A DNA stretch of 64,000 nucleotides, taken from Pseudomonadota bacterium. GTDB lineage: Bacteria; Pseudomonadota; Gammaproteobacteria; Ga0077536. Below are positions 1 to 10,437 of the stretch, piece by piece. Under the pieces are notes generated by a model that saw only the letters and a list, made by a program, of their open reading frames with translations, ran no database searches and was not told the origin of the DNA. The stretch lies in the NCBI GenBank assembly GCA_036130055.1, contig JAYYOR010000005.1, positions 2,533 to 66,532 of the forward strand, in the 5' to 3' direction. Position 1 is the first letter of the stretch, and every line of letters begins with the position of its first letter. The translations under genes were made by a program, and so were the position numbers.

Positions 1-336
1 CGCATCGAAACATGCACGCTCATCAATTCCTGAAGGAACCGGGTGTTGAAGCAATATACCTTTCACCGAATCGTCATCGTTTAATTCCTCAATCCGACCT
101 AATAGCTGATTAGTTGATGTTCTCATCGGAAGTTCAACTTTTTTTGAGTCCAAACCAACTCTCTGACATGCGGCTTGTTTCATTTTTACATATGTGGCTG
201 AAGCAGGGTCGTCTCCAACAAGAATAGTAGCTAAGGATGGCGTTACACCTTTTTCGGATATTTTTTTTACCCTGGTCTTAAATTCATCCTCAAATTTTGA
301 GGCTAAAATCTTGCCTTCCAACAATAATGATTTCAT
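1..336 (-). CDS. folD: Bifunctional methylenetetrahydrofolate dehydrogenase/cyclohydrolase FolD, N-terminal part. Start codon at 334-336; the gene continues past the window start.
   Basis: Reverse-strand translation from the ATG at 336 gives MKSLLLEGKILASKFEDEFKTRVKKISEKGVTPSLATILVGDDPASATYVKMKQAACQRVGLDSKKVELP..., a typical FolD N-terminus. The ORF is truncated by the window edge, so it is absent from the ORF track. Confidence 0.8.
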   Translation of the reverse strand, partial: MKSLLLEGKILASKFEDEFKTRVKKISEKGVTPSLATILVGDDPASATYVKMKQAACQRVGLDSKKVELPMRTSTNQLLGRIEELNDDDSVKGILLQHPVPSGIDERACFDA

Positions 337-402
337 GCTTCCCCCTTTTTTAGGTATTATGTTGGCATAATTTAGACCAACAATAAAAAATAAGATTATA
401 GC

Positions 403-1242
403 ATGATTGAACTGGATGCCATTGATTATCATAAGCCTGTCAAATTGACGAATAACATTCATAGGTTAACTTCAAGAAATCCTAGTCAGATGACAGGCCC
501 AGGTACAAATACTTACATTGTCGGGCGTTCGAGCTTTGTAGTAGTGGATCCGGGACCAGCATTAGAATCTCACGTCCATAATATTCTGCATTACTTTGGG
601 CAACGTATAGAGGCTGTCTTAGTAACCCACACTCATAAAGACCATTCACCAGCAGCTAGAATTATCGCGAAGGAAACAGGGGCAAAACTCTTTGGGAGTG
701 TGATAGAAAACGACGGACATCAGGATACAACGTTCTCGTCACAAAAAAAAATTGAAGATAATGAAATTTTAAAATTCTCTGAAAATTCCGTTAAAGCCAT
801 TCAGACTCCTGGGCATGTAGCAAATCACATATGTTACCTCATTGAATCAGATAAATTTCTCATTACTGGAGATCATCTTATGGAAGGAACCACAGTAGTA
901 ATTATACCTCCTTCCGGTAGCATGAAAGACTACATGGATTCACTACAAAAACTTATGGACTATAATTTTAAATATATAGGGCCTGGACATGGAGTGGTAA
1001 TTAATAAGCCAAAACAAGAAATTGAGCGCGTTTATCGACACAGAGTAAAAAGAGAAAAAAAAATCTTAAAAATTGTTACAGAAACCAAACCTTCTTCGTT
1101 AGAAGAACTTACCAAAAAAGCTTATGGAGACGTTAACGAAAACTTGCATTTTTGGGCATCAAAATCGCTTCTAGCCCATTTAATTAAATTGGAATCAGAA
1201 AAACTAGTAGTTCAAAATAAAGGCAAGTGGTCAGCTTATTAA
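403..1242 (+). CDS. MBL-fold metallo-hydrolase (metallo-beta-lactamase superfamily)
   Basis: HxHxDH zinc-binding motif (VLVTHTHKDHS); the downstream His/Asp pattern fits the MBL fold. Confidence 0.8.
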   Translation: MIELDAIDYHKPVKLTNNIHRLTSRNPSQMTGPGTNTYIVGRSSFVVVDPGPALESHVHNILHYFGQRIEAVLVTHTHKDHSPAARIIAKETGAKLFGSVIENDGHQDTTFSSQKKIEDNEILKFSENSVKAIQTPGHVANHICYLIESDKFLITGDHLMEGTTVVIIPPSGSMKDYMDSLQKLMDYNFKYIGPGHGVVINKPKQEIERVYRHRVKREKKILKIVTETKPSSLEELTKKAYGDVNENLHFWASKSLLAHLIKLESEKLVVQNKGKWSAY

Positions 1243-2168
1243 TTTTTTGGAAAGATTTTTCTGTTATAAAATTCAATCAAATCCTTGGCACATTTCTCTG
1301 GGGCTTCAAGCATGGGTAAGTGTCCAACTTGTGACATTAACTTTGACTCATTACATTTAATTTTTTTTATCAACACCTTCATTCCATCGGGTGTTACAAT
1401 CCGATCACTATCCCCCCACACTATCAACGTTTCGCACTCAATGCCTCTGGCTAGCTCCTCAAGTTTTAAAGGATTTTCCGAAATGCTGTTGATCGAACCA
1501 AACATCTGCGTGAACAATTGCTCGTTAATGGAAAACCTTCTCATTGCTTTTTGTTCGAGAACTTCGTAAAACCAGCTTTTGGCAGGAGGATTATAAAAAC
1601 ACAATTGCGAGAGCCGCGCGAAGTCGAGAGAGTTTTTGACCAACAGAGGGTTTTTTCCTTTCAAAATAAGTTCCACACCCTCTGCGTGCTGCTCCGTGGT
1701 TACTCCAGCAGGAGCAAGCAACCACAAGCCAATAACTTTTTGTGGCGCTTTTGCGGCAATTACGGCAGAGAAAAACCCTCCTAAAGAGTTACCACCAATA
1801 ATATATTGGTCACTCGGAACAATACGCAAAAGGAATTCCATGATAACGCTAACTTGCTCATCCAAAGTATATTTCGCAAATGAGTTTAATGGAGATTCTC
1901 CGAATCCTGGAACATCTAAAATGATCAAGTTGAATTTATTTTTCAAAAACCTCGAAACTGGAAGCCAATGGTTTTTATCTGCCCCGAAGCCATGTATAAG
2001 TACAATTGTTGGGGCTGGCGGCGGCTTAAACAATTTTGTCTTGTAAAATACGATTTTCTGCTTGCCAACATAACTAGACTCCTGGCTCAAACCAAGATAA
2101 ATTAACAGCAACTTTTCAGTTATTTTAAGAATGAAAGCTAAGCTGATTAATTTTATTTTTTTAAACAT
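1239..2168 (-). CDS. Alpha/beta-fold hydrolase
   Basis: Nucleophile-elbow GxSxG motif (GGNSLGG) and an HGFG oxyanion-region motif. Its stop overlaps the stop of the convergent MBL gene by 4 nt. Confidence 0.75.
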   Translation of the reverse strand: MFKKIKLISLAFILKITEKLLLIYLGLSQESSYVGKQKIVFYKTKLFKPPPAPTIVLIHGFGADKNHWLPVSRFLKNKFNLIILDVPGFGESPLNSFAKYTLDEQVSVIMEFLLRIVPSDQYIIGGNSLGGFFSAVIAAKAPQKVIGLWLLAPAGVTTEQHAEGVELILKGKNPLLVKNSLDFARLSQLCFYNPPAKSWFYEVLEQKAMRRFSINEQLFTQMFGSINSISENPLKLEELARGIECETLIVWGDSDRIVTPDGMKVLIKKIKCNESKLMSQVGHLPMLEAPEKCAKDLIEFYNRKIFPKN

Positions 2169-2209
2169 TGTTAAGGATTTATCTTTGATCTCAAATTTAT
2201 AACTTTATC

Positions 2210-2953
2210 ATGACTACAAAATTTTACTCAAATTGCAGAGATATGGTCGCCACTATTACCAGTGGAAGTTCTTTAGCGCTTTTTAAAAATGCAATATCAT
2301 ATGTGATAGGTGCTCACCTCCTTAATAGCGCGGTAACAAATTTGCACGTCATCACCGTGCCGACCGGTGGTTTATTAATCGACCTTTTAATTAAACACCA
2401 AAAAATTTCTCATATTGAAACGTCTGGCATTTCTCTAGGAGAAAACGGACCTGCGAAAAACTTTACTAACCTGTTAGAAGGCCAAAATTTAATTGACTCG
2501 GAACCCCCTAGGAATGCAATCAGAATAACTGATGCCACTTGCCCAGCAATTTATGCAGGTCTTCAAGCGGCTGAAAAAGGTATACCTTTTATGCCAATGA
2601 GAGGGTTGCTCGGCTCGGACATTCTTCATAATCGCGAAGAATTGAAAGTCATCACCAATCCCTTTAAAAAAGACGATCTCATCGTCTGTATTCCCCCAAT
2701 AGTTCCAGACTTTACATTTTTTCATGTCGCCTTAGCCGATTCCGAGGGTAATGTATTTATCGGGTCAGATTCAGAACTTAAATTGCTAGCCCATGTATCG
2801 AAAAAAACACTTGTGAGTGCTGATATGATTGTTAAAACTAATTTGCTCATGGACCCTGATTATAAAAATAATACAATCTCTAATTTTTATATAGACGGAA
2901 TTACGGAAACAACTAGAAAAAATGAGTCTCTTATTTTAGAACCTTTTCAATAA
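2210..2953 (+). CDS. CoA-transferase family I, subunit A (3-oxoacid / glutaconate CoA-transferase type)
   Basis: About 250 aa with PF01144-like overall pattern; sits 3 nt upstream of a subunit-B-like gene. Assignment is by pairing, size and a distant motif resemblance. Confidence 0.55.
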   Translation: MTTKFYSNCRDMVATITSGSSLALFKNAISYVIGAHLLNSAVTNLHVITVPTGGLLIDLLIKHQKISHIETSGISLGENGPAKNFTNLLEGQNLIDSEPPRNAIRITDATCPAIYAGLQAAEKGIPFMPMRGLLGSDILHNREELKVITNPFKKDDLIVCIPPIVPDFTFFHVALADSEGNVFIGSDSELKLLAHVSKKTLVSADMIVKTNLLMDPDYKNNTISNFYIDGITETTRKNESLILEPFQ

Positions 2954-2956
2954 ATT

Positions 2957-3682
2957 ATGAATACCAACAAAGTTGAAATATTAATTTCTGAAATTTGCAA
3001 TATGCTCAAAAACTCAACCGCTATCGGAGTAGGCGTTCTATCACCTATCCCAGGCGCAGCATCTATTCTTGCAAAAATTGAGGCTGAGGATAAAAAAAGA
3101 GTAATAATACTCGGAAGCGAGCAAGCACCATATGCGCCCGAAAGCGCTACGGAGATATTTGATATAGCGGCTCAAGGAAAATTAGATTCGTTTTTTCTAA
3201 GCGGCGGTCAAATTGATGGTCACGCAAACATCAACTTAAATTGCCTTACTAATGAAAATAAAATAAATAAACGCTGGTCAGGTGCTTTCGGATCCCCTTT
3301 TCTCTATATGGTTGTCCCTCAAGTTATCCTATTTAAACTAGGTCATAGTTCTAACACTTTGGTAAAGAACGTCGACTTCGTCACTGCAACCGGAAGTTCA
3401 GATGCATTAACCTTCAGAAGAGGCGGGGCTGATTATTTAATAACTGATCTCTGTTGCTTCAAATTTGATAGAGTTAAGAAGATATTCAAACTACAATCGA
3501 TTCACCCTGGAAATAGCTTGGAAGAGATCAAGATGAAAACGGGGTTCAAATTTGACTATTCAGTAAAAATTAATATTACATCTGAACCTGATCAAATCAG
3601 GCAAAAAACTATACGAGAAAAAGTTGTGCCGGAACTTATGAAAATTTATCCCAAATTTGCAAAGACCTACTGGAAAAATTGA
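2957..3682 (+). CDS. CoA-transferase family I, subunit B
   Basis: C-terminal region (...YLITDLCCFKF...IHPGNSLEEIKMKTGF) resembles the conserved C-terminus of CoA-transferase beta subunits; tightly coupled to the preceding ORF. Confidence 0.55.
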   Translation: MNTNKVEILISEICNMLKNSTAIGVGVLSPIPGAASILAKIEAEDKKRVIILGSEQAPYAPESATEIFDIAAQGKLDSFFLSGGQIDGHANINLNCLTNENKINKRWSGAFGSPFLYMVVPQVILFKLGHSSNTLVKNVDFVTATGSSDALTFRRGGADYLITDLCCFKFDRVKKIFKLQSIHPGNSLEEIKMKTGFKFDYSVKINITSEPDQIRQKTIREKVVPELMKIYPKFAKTYWKN

Positions 3683-3685
3683 TTT

Positions 3686-5068
3686 CTAAAGGTTTTTTAA
3701 TAACTCGTCCAGACTCTCTTTAGCATCACCAAACAACATTCGTGTGTTATCTCCGAAAAACAATGGGTTATCTACTCCAGCATATCCGCTCGCAAGGCTG
3801 CGTTTTAGCACAACAACAGTCCCCGCGTTCCAAACTTCTAAAACTGGCATTCCAGCAATAGGGCTCTCTGGTTCAGTTTGCGCAGAGGGGTTTACAATGT
3901 CATTAGCCCCTATAACCACCACTACGTCTGTATCAGTAAAATCCTCATTGATTTCATCCATCTCTAATACAATATCGTAAGGGACTCTGGCTTCGGCTAG
4001 AAGCACATTCATATGTCCTGGCATCCGCCCCGCAACTGGGTGTATTGCAAATCTGACTTTTTTTCGTTGCTCTTTTAATTTTTTTGTAATTTGTTGGACC
4101 ACCGCTTGTGCTTGAGCCACCGCCATTCCATAACCGGGCACAAAAATAATACTCTGGCTTTGCTTAAAAATTTCAGCAGTTTCAACTGCTGATATCTCAT
4201 GAGCCTCACCAGTAAATCCTTTTGATCCAGTTGACCCGCTGGTTCCAAATCCACCGGCGATCACATGTAAAAATTTCCTATTCATTGCTTTGCACATGAT
4301 GTAACTCAAAATTGCCCCGCTGGAACCAACCAAAGCGCCTGTAACGATTAATAAATCATTTGAAAGCATAAAACCTGTGGCAGCGGCCGCCCACCCCGAA
4401 TAACTATTCAACATTGAGACAACGACAGGCATATCCGCTCCACCAATAGCCATAACCATGTGCACTCCAAAAATAAAAGCAATCAGGGTCATGATTAAAA
4501 GTAGCATTAAACCTTCTGAGTGATTAGCTGATGATACAAATTTGATAAGTATCACGAAACTAATCAAACCCAATGCCAGGTTAAACCAGTGTCTACCTGG
4601 AATAAGGAATGGCTTACCGTCTATAATTCCTTTTAACTTGCCGAACGCGACAACAGAACCGGTAAAAGTTACTGCTCCTATCAATATTCCCAAATAAATC
4701 TCAACGTCATGAATAACTTTCTCGGCACCAATATAATCCGTTCCTTCTAAAAAACTAGCAAAGCCGATCAAAACAGCTGCCATACCCACGAAACTATGCA
4801 GGATTGCTACCAGTTCTGGCATTTCTGTCATTTGCACTTTTTTTGCAACAATAGTTCCCACCGCAGCCGCTAATAACATGGTAACAATTAATATTGCGTA
4901 TGCAGTCACTTGGGCGCTCATGACCGTTGCGGCTATGGCTATTGTCATTCCGATAATGCCAAATAGATTACCTCTCCTTGAGGTCTCGGGATGACTCAAT
5001 CCTGATAGGCTCAAAATAAAAAATATCGCCGAAACGATATAACTTGCGGTTACCACTCCCTGTGTCAT
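3686..5068 (-). CDS. pntB: NAD(P) transhydrogenase subunit beta
   Basis: 460-aa polytopic membrane protein with a C-terminal NADP(H)-binding domain (…[10 protein letters not shown]…, GANDIVNP). Lies directly downstream of pntA on the same strand. Confidence 0.9.
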   Translation of the reverse strand: MTQGVVTASYIVSAIFFILSLSGLSHPETSRRGNLFGIIGMTIAIAATVMSAQVTAYAILIVTMLLAAAVGTIVAKKVQMTEMPELVAILHSFVGMAAVLIGFASFLEGTDYIGAEKVIHDVEIYLGILIGAVTFTGSVVAFGKLKGIIDGKPFLIPGRHWFNLALGLISFVILIKFVSSANHSEGLMLLLIMTLIAFIFGVHMVMAIGGADMPVVVSMLNSYSGWAAAATGFMLSNDLLIVTGALVGSSGAILSYIMCKAMNRKFLHVIAGGFGTSGSTGSKGFTGEAHEISAVETAEIFKQSQSIIFVPGYGMAVAQAQAVVQQITKKLKEQRKKVRFAIHPVAGRMPGHMNVLLAEARVPYDIVLEMDEINEDFTDTDVVVVIGANDIVNPSAQTEPESPIAGMPVLEVWNAGTVVVLKRSLASGYAGVDNPLFFGDNTRMLFGDAKESLDELLKNL

Positions 5069-5077
5069 TGAATTCTC

Positions 5078-6631
5078 CTATTTCTGGAACATTTGCAACA
5101 TTCGCTTAGTTACTGTAAAACCACCAACAATATTTATTGTTGCAATGAATACCGATACCGTGGCCAAAATAATCGTTACCATTGAATTTGAGGATATCTG
5201 TAATACAGCACCTAAAACAATAATCCCTGAAATCGCATTAGTCACGCTCATTAGTGGTGTGTGAAGAGCAGGTGTGACGTTCCAAATTACTTGGTAACCT
5301 ACAAAACACGCGAGCACGAAAACAGTGAAGTGTGCCATAAATTCCGAGGGCGCAAAAAACCCCAAAACCCAAATGACTAAAGCAATTATTCCTAATAACC
5401 CCAACTGAGTGAGGCCATTGCTAGTTTTTTCAGTATTATCACTTTCTCTTGAAGATTCGGGTTTTTGACTATCGGATTTTTGAGCTACATTTAGTTTTGG
5501 TGGAGGCGCCGGCCAAATAATTGTGCCTGACTTAATTATGGTTGCACCTCTCACAACTTCGTCTTCCATATCAAATTGAATCTTTCCATCTTTTTCGGGA
5601 GTCATGTCATTGAGCAAGTGCACCAAATTAGTTGCATATAATTCCGAAGATTGGGTGGCTAGTCTACTTGGGAGGTCAGTGTATCCTATTATGTTGATAT
5701 CTTTATGAGCAACCACCTCATCTGCTTTTGATAATTCGCAATTCCCACCTTGCTCTGCGGCCATATCAACTATAACGCTTCCAGGTCTCATGGACTCAAC
5801 CATATCTTTAGTTATTAAAGTTGGAGCTGGTTTGCCTGGAATTAATGCAGTGGTAACGATTATGTCGACTTCCTTTGCTTGCTCCGTAAACAAAGCCATT
5901 TCCGCCTCAATAAATTCGTCGCTCATTACCTTAGCATATCCACCGCTACCTGAACCATCCTCTTCAAAATCTAGTAAGAGAAAGTCAGCCCCCATACTCT
6001 CGACTTGTTCTTTAACCTCAGGTCTTGTATCGAATGCTCTAACAATAGCACCAAGACTTCGAGCTGCCCCAATAGCTGCCAAACCGGCTACTCCTGCCCC
6101 AATCACTAGGACTTTAGCAGGATTTATCTTTCCCGCCGCTGTAATTTGGCCCGTAAAAAATCGACCGAAACAGTTAGCAGCCTCCACAACCGCCCTATAA
6201 CCGGCTATGTTGGCCATTGAACTCAAAGCATCCATTTTTTGGGCTCGAGATATTCTGGGCACACAATCCATGGCCATTAAATTAAATTTAATACCATTTA
6301 AGTCGTCTAGTAATTGCTGATTTTGAGCGGGATAAATAAAAGATATTACTGTTTGGTCATCACGTATCCTTCCAACTTCGCTTGCCTTATCGCTTCTTTT
6401 CCCGGATAGCCCCCTAACCTTTAAAATTATATCCGCACTATCCCAGCTAGTCGTTGGAACAATCGTCGCGCCTGCATTTTCAAATTGCTCATCTGTAAAG
6501 CTTGCTTGTTGGCCGGCCCCCTTCTCAACTAAAACTTCATAACCCAATTTTATTAACTTTGCCACCGAAGTAGGGGTTCCTGAAACTCGACACTCCCCTC
6601 CAATAGATTCTTTGGCTATTAATATTTTCAT
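5078..6631 (-). CDS. pntA: NAD(P) transhydrogenase subunit alpha (fused alpha1+alpha2)
   Basis: N-terminal alanine-dehydrogenase-like NAD(H)-binding domain ([17 protein letters not shown] Rossmann motif) plus a C-terminal four-helix membrane segment; canonical pntA-pntB order. Confidence 0.9.
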   Translation of the reverse strand: MKILIAKESIGGECRVSGTPTSVAKLIKLGYEVLVEKGAGQQASFTDEQFENAGATIVPTTSWDSADIILKVRGLSGKRSDKASEVGRIRDDQTVISFIYPAQNQQLLDDLNGIKFNLMAMDCVPRISRAQKMDALSSMANIAGYRAVVEAANCFGRFFTGQITAAGKINPAKVLVIGAGVAGLAAIGAARSLGAIVRAFDTRPEVKEQVESMGADFLLLDFEEDGSGSGGYAKVMSDEFIEAEMALFTEQAKEVDIIVTTALIPGKPAPTLITKDMVESMRPGSVIVDMAAEQGGNCELSKADEVVAHKDINIIGYTDLPSRLATQSSELYATNLVHLLNDMTPEKDGKIQFDMEDEVVRGATIIKSGTIIWPAPPPKLNVAQKSDSQKPESSRESDNTEKTSNGLTQLGLLGIIALVIWVLGFFAPSEFMAHFTVFVLACFVGYQVIWNVTPALHTPLMSVTNAISGIIVLGAVLQISSNSMVTIILATVSVFIATINIVGGFTVTKRMLQMFQK

Positions 6632-6793
6632 GCTTCGATCCTTGTTAACGTTACAGTCTTTTTAATGGTTTATTAATGTATTGTAACAAAACCCAACCGA
6701 TTAGAGGGATAAATCTAACCTTTTTTTTTAATTCAAATTTCAGATATTATTGCCTTTGTTAACATCTTTCGCTTACCTATAAGGCAAAACTAT

Positions 6794-7297
6794 ATGATAA
6801 ATAATAAAAATACTGAATTAATAGACTCCTACGAGAGACTACGGAAACTCATCGGTATGCCATCAGAGCAGGCTTTGAAGAAATCTCAACCAGCTCTATC
6901 ACCAGAACATAAAAAATTCATCTCTAAATCCCCATTTTTTTTGATATCGTCGTGCAGCGATAACGGTGAATGTGAAATATCACCAAGAGGCGATAAGCCA
7001 GGTTTTGTTGAAGTAATTAACGACAAAACATTTATATTTATTGAAAAACCTGGTAACAGGCGGCTAGATACTCTCTCCAACTTGATATCAAACAAGAATA
7101 TTGGGATATTATTTCTTGTACCACAGGAACAATACTGTTTGAGAATCAAAGGTAAAGCTGAGCTGTCTTATGAAATACCGTCAAACGATAAAAAAAAATA
7201 TTTGGTTCCACCTACAATCTTTGTAACCACTAAGGTTGAACAGGTTTTTTTTCAGTGTGCTAGAGCCATAAAAGCTTCTCAGATTTGGTCCTGCTAG
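6794..7297 (+). CDS. Pyridoxamine 5'-phosphate oxidase-like FMN-binding split-barrel protein
   Basis: 167 aa with a pattern (…FFLISSCSDNGECEISPRGDKPGFV…) typical of the PNPOx-like / general stress protein 26 family. Confidence 0.55.
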   Translation: MINNKNTELIDSYERLRKLIGMPSEQALKKSQPALSPEHKKFISKSPFFLISSCSDNGECEISPRGDKPGFVEVINDKTFIFIEKPGNRRLDTLSNLISNKNIGILFLVPQEQYCLRIKGKAELSYEIPSNDKKKYLVPPTIFVTTKVEQVFFQCARAIKASQIWSC

Positions 7298-7302
7298 ACG
7301 AC

Positions 7303-8196
7303 TCACACAGGCGGCAAGGTGCTGACCGGATTGATCTTAGATGACATCCACTCAATTAAGGATCCGTCGTATACTAGGACCTGGCGCTCGATAAACAAAC
7401 TGCGAATTACGAAAGCAACCAAACAAGCCGAAACGCCACCACCACAATAAAGTGCTATTGGTTTGTCTTCTTTTAGATTAATAAATTGATTCAGGATATC
7501 TCTGCAGACGCTTTCAGGTAAAAACCTTTCCGCTACTCTGGTTGTAAATAACTTATAATAAATATTAATACTTCCTGGAATATGACCAGCCCTACCATAT
7601 TTAACCTCCGAACCACGAAAGACTGCAGGTGATAAAGTGTTCACAAGAATTAAATTTTCTTCAATCAAGCCATTTTGAACCTCCCGCTTTGAGATCCACA
7701 TTGTTGGATTAATATTAAATTTATCGAATATCTTTTTTTGTTGCCTTTTTGCTTCTTTTTTAAAAAGACCTTCCTGCACTGGTAACCCTAATGATTCCCA
7801 ATGGTCTAGGTAACAATCTAAGAGTTTAACATTATTGAATCCATAGGATGTTAGAATCCACCAAACTCTAGGGGCCCATATAGAAGGGGATCGCTCATAA
7901 AGGATAATATGATCTTCGTAGCCTAAATCATGTTCAAACATAAAATCTATTATTTTCTTTTTCCCGGGCACTCCATATCTAACAGAATTAGTTGGCTCAG
8001 AAAGATACCTATTAACATCAAGATAAACTGAATTTGGTATTCTACTAACAATCCAAGTGTGTTTAAGTTCACGAGCATCGTATCCCACGCCGGAAGCGCT
8101 AGGGATCAATGATGTAGACACATCAAAAATCTTAAAGTCTGGATTTTCTAAATTAACAAGCAGATCTTCTGTTGAAATTATTTCAAATGTCGACAT
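7303..8196 (-). CDS. Thiosulfate / 3-mercaptopyruvate sulfurtransferase (tandem rhodanese domains)
   Basis: Two rhodanese-like halves; the active-site cysteine loop CGGGVSAC in the C-terminal domain resembles the SseA-type CGSGVTA loop. Confidence 0.75.
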   Translation of the reverse strand: MSTFEIISTEDLLVNLENPDFKIFDVSTSLIPSASGVGYDARELKHTWIVSRIPNSVYLDVNRYLSEPTNSVRYGVPGKKKIIDFMFEHDLGYEDHIILYERSPSIWAPRVWWILTSYGFNNVKLLDCYLDHWESLGLPVQEGLFKKEAKRQQKKIFDKFNINPTMWISKREVQNGLIEENLILVNTLSPAVFRGSEVKYGRAGHIPGSINIYYKLFTTRVAERFLPESVCRDILNQFINLKEDKPIALYCGGGVSACLVAFVIRSLFIERQVLVYDGSLIEWMSSKINPVSTLPPV

Positions 8197-8361
8197 GTTT
8201 TTTTTGATTACTGTATTGAATAAATCGATAAAATTATTATACAGATACTTCCTTTATTGATCCTAAAAAGACAAATTTAAAATCATATTATCAAGAAATT
8301 CGAATTTTAAAATTACTTCTGCTACATTGACTTAGGACTTCATATTGAATCAGGAGCAAAA

Positions 8362-10434
8362 ATGTTAGTCAACTCGACCTGTCCCCATGATTGCCCCTCT
8401 ACTTGTGCGTTACAAGTGGAAAAATTATCAAACACCAAAATCGGAAAGGTAAGGGGAGCGCCGGACAATACCTATACTGCGGGGGTTATTTGCAGCAAAG
8501 TCGCTCGTTATAAAGAAAGAATTCATGACCCAAATCGTATTTTAAAACCGATGAAACGGGTCGGTGCTAAAGGTTCCGGTAGAATGATGACTATAACGTG
8601 GGAAGAAGCGCTAGAAGAAATATGCGACAAATTCACAAAGATTGAACGGGAGTATGGTTCGGAGGCAATCTGGCCTTATTATTATGCAGGCACTATGGGG
8701 CTTGTGATGAGAGATGGTATTAACCGCCTCAGGCATGAGAAGAAATACTCAGGGGAACATCAAACAATATGCACGAATCAAGCATTCAATGGTTATATGG
8801 TAGGAGCTGGGAAAATGTTAGGCGTGGACCCAACAGAGATCAAAGAATCAGATAACGTAGTAATTTGGGGAACAAACGCTGCTATAACTCAAGTGAATGT
8901 TATGAGCCATGCAAATGAAGCAAGACGAACAAAAAAAGCAAAGATAATAGTAGTCGACTCTTATAGAAATGCAACAGCTAAACAGGCCGACCTGTTCTTA
9001 TGTGTGAATCCTGGAACAGATGGTGCCCTCGCCTGCGGAGTCATGCATTATCTCGTAAAAAATAATCTGCACGATATTGAATATTTGAAAACTTTCACTG
9101 ATTTCAATAGTGAATTTATGGCTCACTTAGAAAAAAAGACTCCAGACTGGGCATCAAGTATTACCGGCATAAAAAAGACCGACATAGAACAATTCGCAAA
9201 ATTACTCGGAAATAATCCGCGAAGCTATTTCAGGCTGGGTTATGGTTTTACCAGGCAAAAAAATGGCGCAAGTAACATGCATGCAGTAGCGTCGCTGCCC
9301 GCCATTTTAGGTTCTTGGAAGTACAAGGGCGGTGGAGCGTTAATGAACAATGGGAGTATCTATCACTGGGACAAAACGCTCATTGAAGGACTTGACTGTA
9401 TTGACCCTAAAATCAGATTGCTCGATCAGTCAAGAATTGGAGAAATTCTTCTCGGAAACAAAGAAGCGTTACACGCAGGACCACCAGTAATGGCGATGCT
9501 TATCCAAAATACGAACCCCATGTCCGTAGCTCCCGATCTGAATAAGGTTAATAAGGGCTTTTCACGTAATGATTTGTTTACCGTGGTACACGAACAGTTT
9601 ATGACAGATACAGCAAAAATGGCAGATATCGTTCTACCAGCCACAATGTTTTTAGAACACGACGATATATATCAAAGCGGTGGCCACAACCATATCCAGC
9701 TTGGCCCAAAGATAATAGACGCACCGGGTGAGTGTAGAAGTAATCATAACCTCATATGTGATCTGGCAAAGAAGCTGGGCTTAAAACACCGAGGTTTTGA
9801 CATGACACCCGAAGAAATTATAAATGAAACACTAATAGAGTCTGGATGGGGAACCCTTGACAACCTTAAAAGAAACAAGTGGATAAATGCTCAACCGTCT
9901 TTTAGGGAGTCCCATTTTCTAAATGGATTTGCACATAGCGATAAGTTATGGCACTTCAAAGCAGACTGGCATGCATTAAAGAAAACAAAATTTGTACCTG
10001 AGGAAAATATAAATGAGCTTCCGGACTATCCGGACCATCTAGACATCAATGAAAAACCCGACGACAGGCATCCTTTCAAATTAATAACGCCGCCCGCTCG
10101 GCATTTCCTTAACTCCACCTTCGCTAACACAAAAACTTCCGTACAAAGAGAACAGACGCCCAAGCTTTTGATAAATCCCGATGATGCTAAAAAACACAAC
10201 ATCTTAAGGGGAGCTAAAGTAAATATTTTTAACGAACAAGGTAAGGTCGATCTAATCGCGGAATATGAATCAACTTTAACTACGGGACTACTCGTAGCGG
10301 AAAGTATTTGGCCCAATGCTAACTTCAAAGACAATCTTGGAATTAATGTCCTTACTAGCTCAAAACCAATTGGTGTCGATGGAGGGGTTCCATTTCACGA
10401 CATAAAAGTCGGAATAAGAATTGCAATCAACTAA
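8362..10434 (+). CDS. Molybdopterin (Mo-bisPGD) oxidoreductase catalytic subunit with an N-terminal 4Fe-4S domain
   Basis: N-terminal C-x2-C-x3-C cluster motif (CPHDCPSTC). Size of 690 aa and overall similarity fit the nitrate-reductase/formate-dehydrogenase-like Mo-bisPGD family. No partner subunit gene is adjacent. Confidence 0.75.
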   Translation: MLVNSTCPHDCPSTCALQVEKLSNTKIGKVRGAPDNTYTAGVICSKVARYKERIHDPNRILKPMKRVGAKGSGRMMTITWEEALEEICDKFTKIEREYGSEAIWPYYYAGTMGLVMRDGINRLRHEKKYSGEHQTICTNQAFNGYMVGAGKMLGVDPTEIKESDNVVIWGTNAAITQVNVMSHANEARRTKKAKIIVVDSYRNATAKQADLFLCVNPGTDGALACGVMHYLVKNNLHDIEYLKTFTDFNSEFMAHLEKKTPDWASSITGIKKTDIEQFAKLLGNNPRSYFRLGYGFTRQKNGASNMHAVASLPAILGSWKYKGGGALMNNGSIYHWDKTLIEGLDCIDPKIRLLDQSRIGEILLGNKEALHAGPPVMAMLIQNTNPMSVAPDLNKVNKGFSRNDLFTVVHEQFMTDTAKMADIVLPATMFLEHDDIYQSGGHNHIQLGPKIIDAPGECRSNHNLICDLAKKLGLKHRGFDMTPEEIINETLIESGWGTLDNLKRNKWINAQPSFRESHFLNGFAHSDKLWHFKADWHALKKTKFVPEENINELPDYPDHLDINEKPDDRHPFKLITPPARHFLNSTFANTKTSVQREQTPKLLINPDDAKKHNILRGAKVNIFNEQGKVDLIAEYESTLTTGLLVAESIWPNANFKDNLGINVLTSSKPIGVDGGVPFHDIKVGIRIAIN

Positions 10435-10437
10435 TTT

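Noticed and set aside
741-749. A9 homopolymer inside the MBL-hydrolase coding region, and T10 at 6719-6728 in an intergenic region
   Set aside because: Homopolymer runs of this length are common in a genome this AT-rich. There is no evidence of phase variation, because the ORF is intact and no paralogous frame-shifted copy is seen.
1285-2046. Three plus-strand ORFs (94, 88 and 136 aa) lying inside the minus-strand alpha/beta-hydrolase gene
   Set aside because: They are antisense to a well-supported gene and their composition looks like a frame artefact with no recognisable motifs. Similar internal or antisense ORFs at 2489-2725, 3744-3980, 5790-6200, 26315-26563, 27073-27594 and elsewhere were rejected the same way.
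8205-8245. CTGT … ACAG elements upstream of the Mo-enzyme gene resembling a LexA half-site arrangement
   Set aside because: The spacing between CTGT and ACAG is about 26 nt, not the required 8. The region is generically AT-rich, so the match is likely chance.
8197-8361. Possible molybdenum-cofactor riboswitch upstream of the Mo-bisPGD gene
   Set aside because: The region is extremely AT-rich and lacks the GC-rich conserved helices of the Moco RNA motif. No convincing pairing was found.
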